From contig JBMFKU010000016.1 of the NCBI GenBank assembly GCA_049971805.1, forward strand, positions 1 to 31,168: a stretch of DNA of 31,168 nt, written 5' to 3'. Source of the DNA: Caldisphaera sp. GTDB lineage: Archaea; Thermoproteota; Thermoprotei_A; Sulfolobales; Acidilobaceae. The notes beneath the pieces are model-generated. The model did no database searches. It was not told the DNA's origin and saw only the letters and a list, made by a program, of their open reading frames with translations. This document shows, piece after piece, positions 28,013 through 31,168 of the stretch. Numbering within the stretch: the first letter of the stretch is position 1; the number at the start of each line of letters is the position of its first letter. The translations under genes and the position numbers were made by a program.

Positions 28013-30835
28013 GTGTTTGAACTGACAAAAAAACAAGCAAGCATTGACGATTTTATAGATGATATAAAAAAGAAAATAAACACAAGTAACTCCAATAAAA
28101 ATGCAAACAAAAACACAGGAAAATCAAGAGATTTAACTTTTTTCTTCGAAGATAACAGCAATGCAAACTATGAGGAAAAAGAGGAAGAAATTAAAGAAGA
28201 TACAATAAAAAATGATGTAATTGAAAAAAGTGAGATAGAAGGAAAAGTTGAATCAAGCAATATAAATAATGATAAGGAAAGAGATGGAGGAAAAGTAAAT
28301 ATTGCATATGAGATAAAAAATAATGGAGGAAAAGTTGATAGTTGGAAATTAAGCGAACAAAACAGCTATTATGATAGTGCAAAGGGTTATTTAATGGAAG
28401 TAAGATATGAAGGTGACTTAGGCAAAGCTATTGCTTTAATATATGATATTAATGAAAAAAAGATTAAAAAATGGATTGATAAAACAGGTCATAAACCCTA
28501 TTTCTTGACTAATATTAAAATAGATGAAAATGAAAGGCTTCCAATAGATTTAAGCAAGTATAAGTCTTTTAGCAACTATGCAGTTATTACAAAAAAAGAT
28601 CCATTAACAAATAATGATATAAAGCTACTAAAAATTATTGTAGATGATCCATTAGCAGTTAAAAATTTAAGAGGCGCTATTAAGGATAAAGGATTCGAAG
28701 CATGGGAAGCTGATATAAAATACTTTTTAAATTATATTTATGACAATCAATTAATCCCTGGTATGCCTTATGAAGTTAATACCAATTGGAAACAAAACGA
28801 ATGGAAAATAGATGAAAATATGAGAGAATTAATCAACAAAAATTTTCCTGATAATATGAAAGAAACTGCATATTCATGGGTTCCGATATTAGAAGAAAAA
28901 GCACCAGATATAGATAGGGTAGCAATAGATATAGAGGTCTACACTCCAGAAGGACATTTTCCAAATCCAGATGAAGCATATTATCCAGTAATATCTATTT
29001 CATTAGTTGATAATAGAGGTAATAGGCAGGTATTACTATTATACAGGGATGGAACCCGTTTTACTGGAAAAACTCCTGATGCACAGATTGAAATTTTTGA
29101 TACTGAAAAAGGTTTGATTTTAGAGGCATTAAGAAGGATCACAAAATATCCTGTAATCGTAACATTTAATGGAGATAACTTTGACATACCTTATATCTAT
29201 AATAGATTAATTTCATTGGGATTAAGGCCTGATGAAATCCCAATAGTTTTCCACCAAGATTATATCACATTTCAAAACTCCTTGCATCTGGATTTACATA
29301 AGCTATTTGATATAAGAGCATTACAGACATACGCCTTTAGCAACAAATACAGAGAAAAGAACTTAGATTCGATAGCAGAGGCTTTGCTAGGATCATCAAA
29401 AATAAAACTTACTGCTATAATAAATAATGTTAGTCTCGATGAACTAGCAAGCTATAATTTGCAAGATGCTATTTTAACGATTTCATTAACAACTTTTTCT
29501 AATAATTTAGTTTGGAACCTCTTAATGCTATTAATGAGAATAAGCAAAATGGGATTAGAAGAGGTATCTAGAGTTCAGGTATCTGCATGGATTAAAAGCA
29601 CGCTTTATTGGGAACACAGAAGGAGAAATCTATTAATACCAAACAAAGAAGACATTTCAGCAAATAACATATCACCAAAGAGCATGGCAATAATAAAGGA
29701 TAAAAAGTATAGAGGGGCTATAGTATTAACACCTCCTCAAGGTGTTTACTTTAATGTATTGGTATTGGACTTTGCAAGCCTATATCCATCTATAATAAAG
29801 AACTGGAATCTAAGCTATGAAACTGTTAATAATCCGAATTGTAAGGATGATTATGTGCAAGTACCAGAAGTAAACCACTTCATATGTAAAAGTAGAAAAG
29901 GTATTTCAAGTGAATTAGTTGGATTGCTTAGGGACTTCAGAGTTAAGGTATATAAGAAAAAATCCAAAGATAAAAACATTGATGAGCAAGAAAAGATATG
30001 GTATGATACCGTACAAGCAGCAATGAAGGTATATATAAATGCAAGCTATGGAGTTTTTGGCACAGAAACATTTAGTCTTTATAGTTTACCTGTTGCTGAA
30101 AGTGTTACAGCCATTGGAAGAAATGTATTAATGGATACCCTAAAGAAATCTTCCGAATTAAACCTTCACATATTATATGGTGATACGGACAGCTTATTTT
30201 TATGGGATCCTCCAAAAGAAAAATTGGAGGCAATAATAAAATATGTAAAAGAAAAGTACGATTTGGACTTAGAAATAGATAAAGTATTTAAAATAGTTCT
30301 TTTCAGCGGGCTAAAGAAGAACTATATAGGCATAGATAATGATAATAAAATAACAATAAAAGGTCTTGTAGCTAAGAAAAGCAATACTCCAGAGTTTATA
30401 AAAATAGAATTTGCTAATGCTTTATCAATATTACAAAGACTGAATGAGCCTGAGCAAGTAGAAATTACATTAAATCAACTAAAAGATTTAATTCAAGGAA
30501 TATACCAAAAACTAAAGAAAAAGGAATATACCTTAGACCAATTAGCAATAACTGTTATGCTAAGCAAAGGATTAAACCAATATGAAAGAAATACCCCTCA
30601 ACATGTAAAAGCTGCATTATTGCTTAAAAAAGAGGGGTTCAATGTTTCTAAAGGTGATGTTATTTCATTTGTTAAAACAAAAGATAAATTAAGCGTTAAA
30701 CCTGTTAAATTAGCAAAGCTGTCTGAAGTCGATATAACCAAATATGTTGAATATATCAGATCAGCATTAGAGCAATTCTTATTGGCATTTGGAGTTCAAT
30801 GGGATGAATTGGTTGGAGTTAAAAAATTGATTTAA
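28013..30835 (+). CDS. polB1: replicative family B DNA polymerase PolB1
   Basis: ExoI DIEV, ExoII FNGDNFD, ExoIII YNLQD, DFASLYPS, KVYINASYG, YGDTDS; start codon uncertain. Confidence 0.95.
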   Translation: MFELTKKQASIDDFIDDIKKKINTSNSNKNANKNTGKSRDLTFFFEDNSNANYEEKEEEIKEDTIKNDVIEKSEIEGKVESSNINNDKERDGGKVNIAYEIKNNGGKVDSWKLSEQNSYYDSAKGYLMEVRYEGDLGKAIALIYDINEKKIKKWIDKTGHKPYFLTNIKIDENERLPIDLSKYKSFSNYAVITKKDPLTNNDIKLLKIIVDDPLAVKNLRGAIKDKGFEAWEADIKYFLNYIYDNQLIPGMPYEVNTNWKQNEWKIDENMRELINKNFPDNMKETAYSWVPILEEKAPDIDRVAIDIEVYTPEGHFPNPDEAYYPVISISLVDNRGNRQVLLLYRDGTRFTGKTPDAQIEIFDTEKGLILEALRRITKYPVIVTFNGDNFDIPYIYNRLISLGLRPDEIPIVFHQDYITFQNSLHLDLHKLFDIRALQTYAFSNKYREKNLDSIAEALLGSSKIKLTAIINNVSLDELASYNLQDAILTISLTTFSNNLVWNLLMLLMRISKMGLEEVSRVQVSAWIKSTLYWEHRRRNLLIPNKEDISANNISPKSMAIIKDKKYRGAIVLTPPQGVYFNVLVLDFASLYPSIIKNWNLSYETVNNPNCKDDYVQVPEVNHFICKSRKGISSELVGLLRDFRVKVYKKKSKDKNIDEQEKIWYDTVQAAMKVYINASYGVFGTETFSLYSLPVAESVTAIGRNVLMDTLKKSSELNLHILYGDTDSLFLWDPPKEKLEAIIKYVKEKYDLDLEIDKVFKIVLFSGLKKNYIGIDNDNKITIKGLVAKKSNTPEFIKIEFANALSILQRLNEPEQVEITLNQLKDLIQGIYQKLKKKEYTLDQLAITVMLSKGLNQYERNTPQHVKAALLLKKEGFNVSKGDVISFVKTKDKLSVKPVKLAKLSEVDITKYVEYIRSALEQFLLAFGVQWDELVGVKKLI

Positions 30836-31010
30836 TGAACAAAAACCAATTATGCAAACATATTTTAGCCACCCTTTGGCTGATATATTAGGTAACTTCA
30901 TATAAAATTGCGCTTATTTTTCTCTGCAATTCTTTATGCCAGAAAAATAGTATTGCTCTAAATGCGTCTGAGATTTTACTTTTTTCTATTTCTTATGTTA
31001 AGATATATCG

Positions 31011-31168
31011 CTGACCTCTCCTGCCCTGATGGGCGTTAGTTCCTGAGGTCTTGAGGGTTCCTATAGGAGCTACTCTGATTCCTCCTTATGCGAGTAAATT
31101 CGTTTCCCACTCTTCATCTTTATTTGGACCTAAGAGAGAAATCTCGCCCTCCTTTTCCTTTAATTTGG
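31011..31168 (-). mobile_element. right end of an IS200/IS605-type element (omega-RNA-like region), truncated by window end
   Basis: The minus strand ends GGAACTAACGCCCATCAGGGCAGGAGAGGTCAG: a GCCC/GGGC subterminal hairpin plus terminal TCAG, resembling crenarchaeal IS605 ends as I recall them. GC-rich and structured relative to the flanks. Confidence 0.6.

Noticed and set aside
1295-29187. Numerous 60-170 aa ORFs antisense to or overlapping the called genes (e.g. 1295..1816, 9024..9383, 9751..10065, 19415..19684)
   Set aside because: They are shadow frames of well-supported genes, with no motifs or RBS.
30836-31010. Small ORF or terminator after polB1 (AGCCA-N5-TGGCT hairpin; minus-strand frame EIEKSKISDAFRAILFFWHKE...)
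   Set aside because: No start codon with RBS and a weak hairpin; could be a gene remnant but is unsupported.

Overview
AT-rich archaeal chromosomal segment, most consistent with a crenarchaeote (PolB1 plus PolB2, Alba, four-subunit POR, GGTG/GGGGTGA ribosome-binding sites; Acidilobales/Caldisphaera-like is my inference). It is mostly housekeeping: AIR-synthase-like protein, MBL hydrolase, Sir2, DRG-type GTPase, porCDAB, glyoxylate reductase, HtpX, cytidylate kinase, Alba, GlnA, ferredoxin, PAC2 plus Hsp20, a membrane Fe-S/CCG oxidoreductase and PolB1. It also has the RadA-like/small ORF/PolB2 operon. Both window edges appear to carry 3' ends of tnpB-type insertion elements; the left one interrupts a G1 glutamic-peptidase gene. 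The most notable observations are: an unannotated 17-aa Lys-rich micro-ORF with its own promoter, hairpin and strong RBS; a phosphatase-channel-glycosyltransferase operon resembling the Thermoproteus trehalose synthase complex but lacking the TPS domain; a nitrilase-fold protein missing two of three catalytic residues; and two AbrB/PhoU-type regulators each divergent from a central C or N metabolism gene across palindromic intergenic sites. No tRNA, rRNA or CRISPR array was seen. All calls come from reading motifs by eye; no database search was run.
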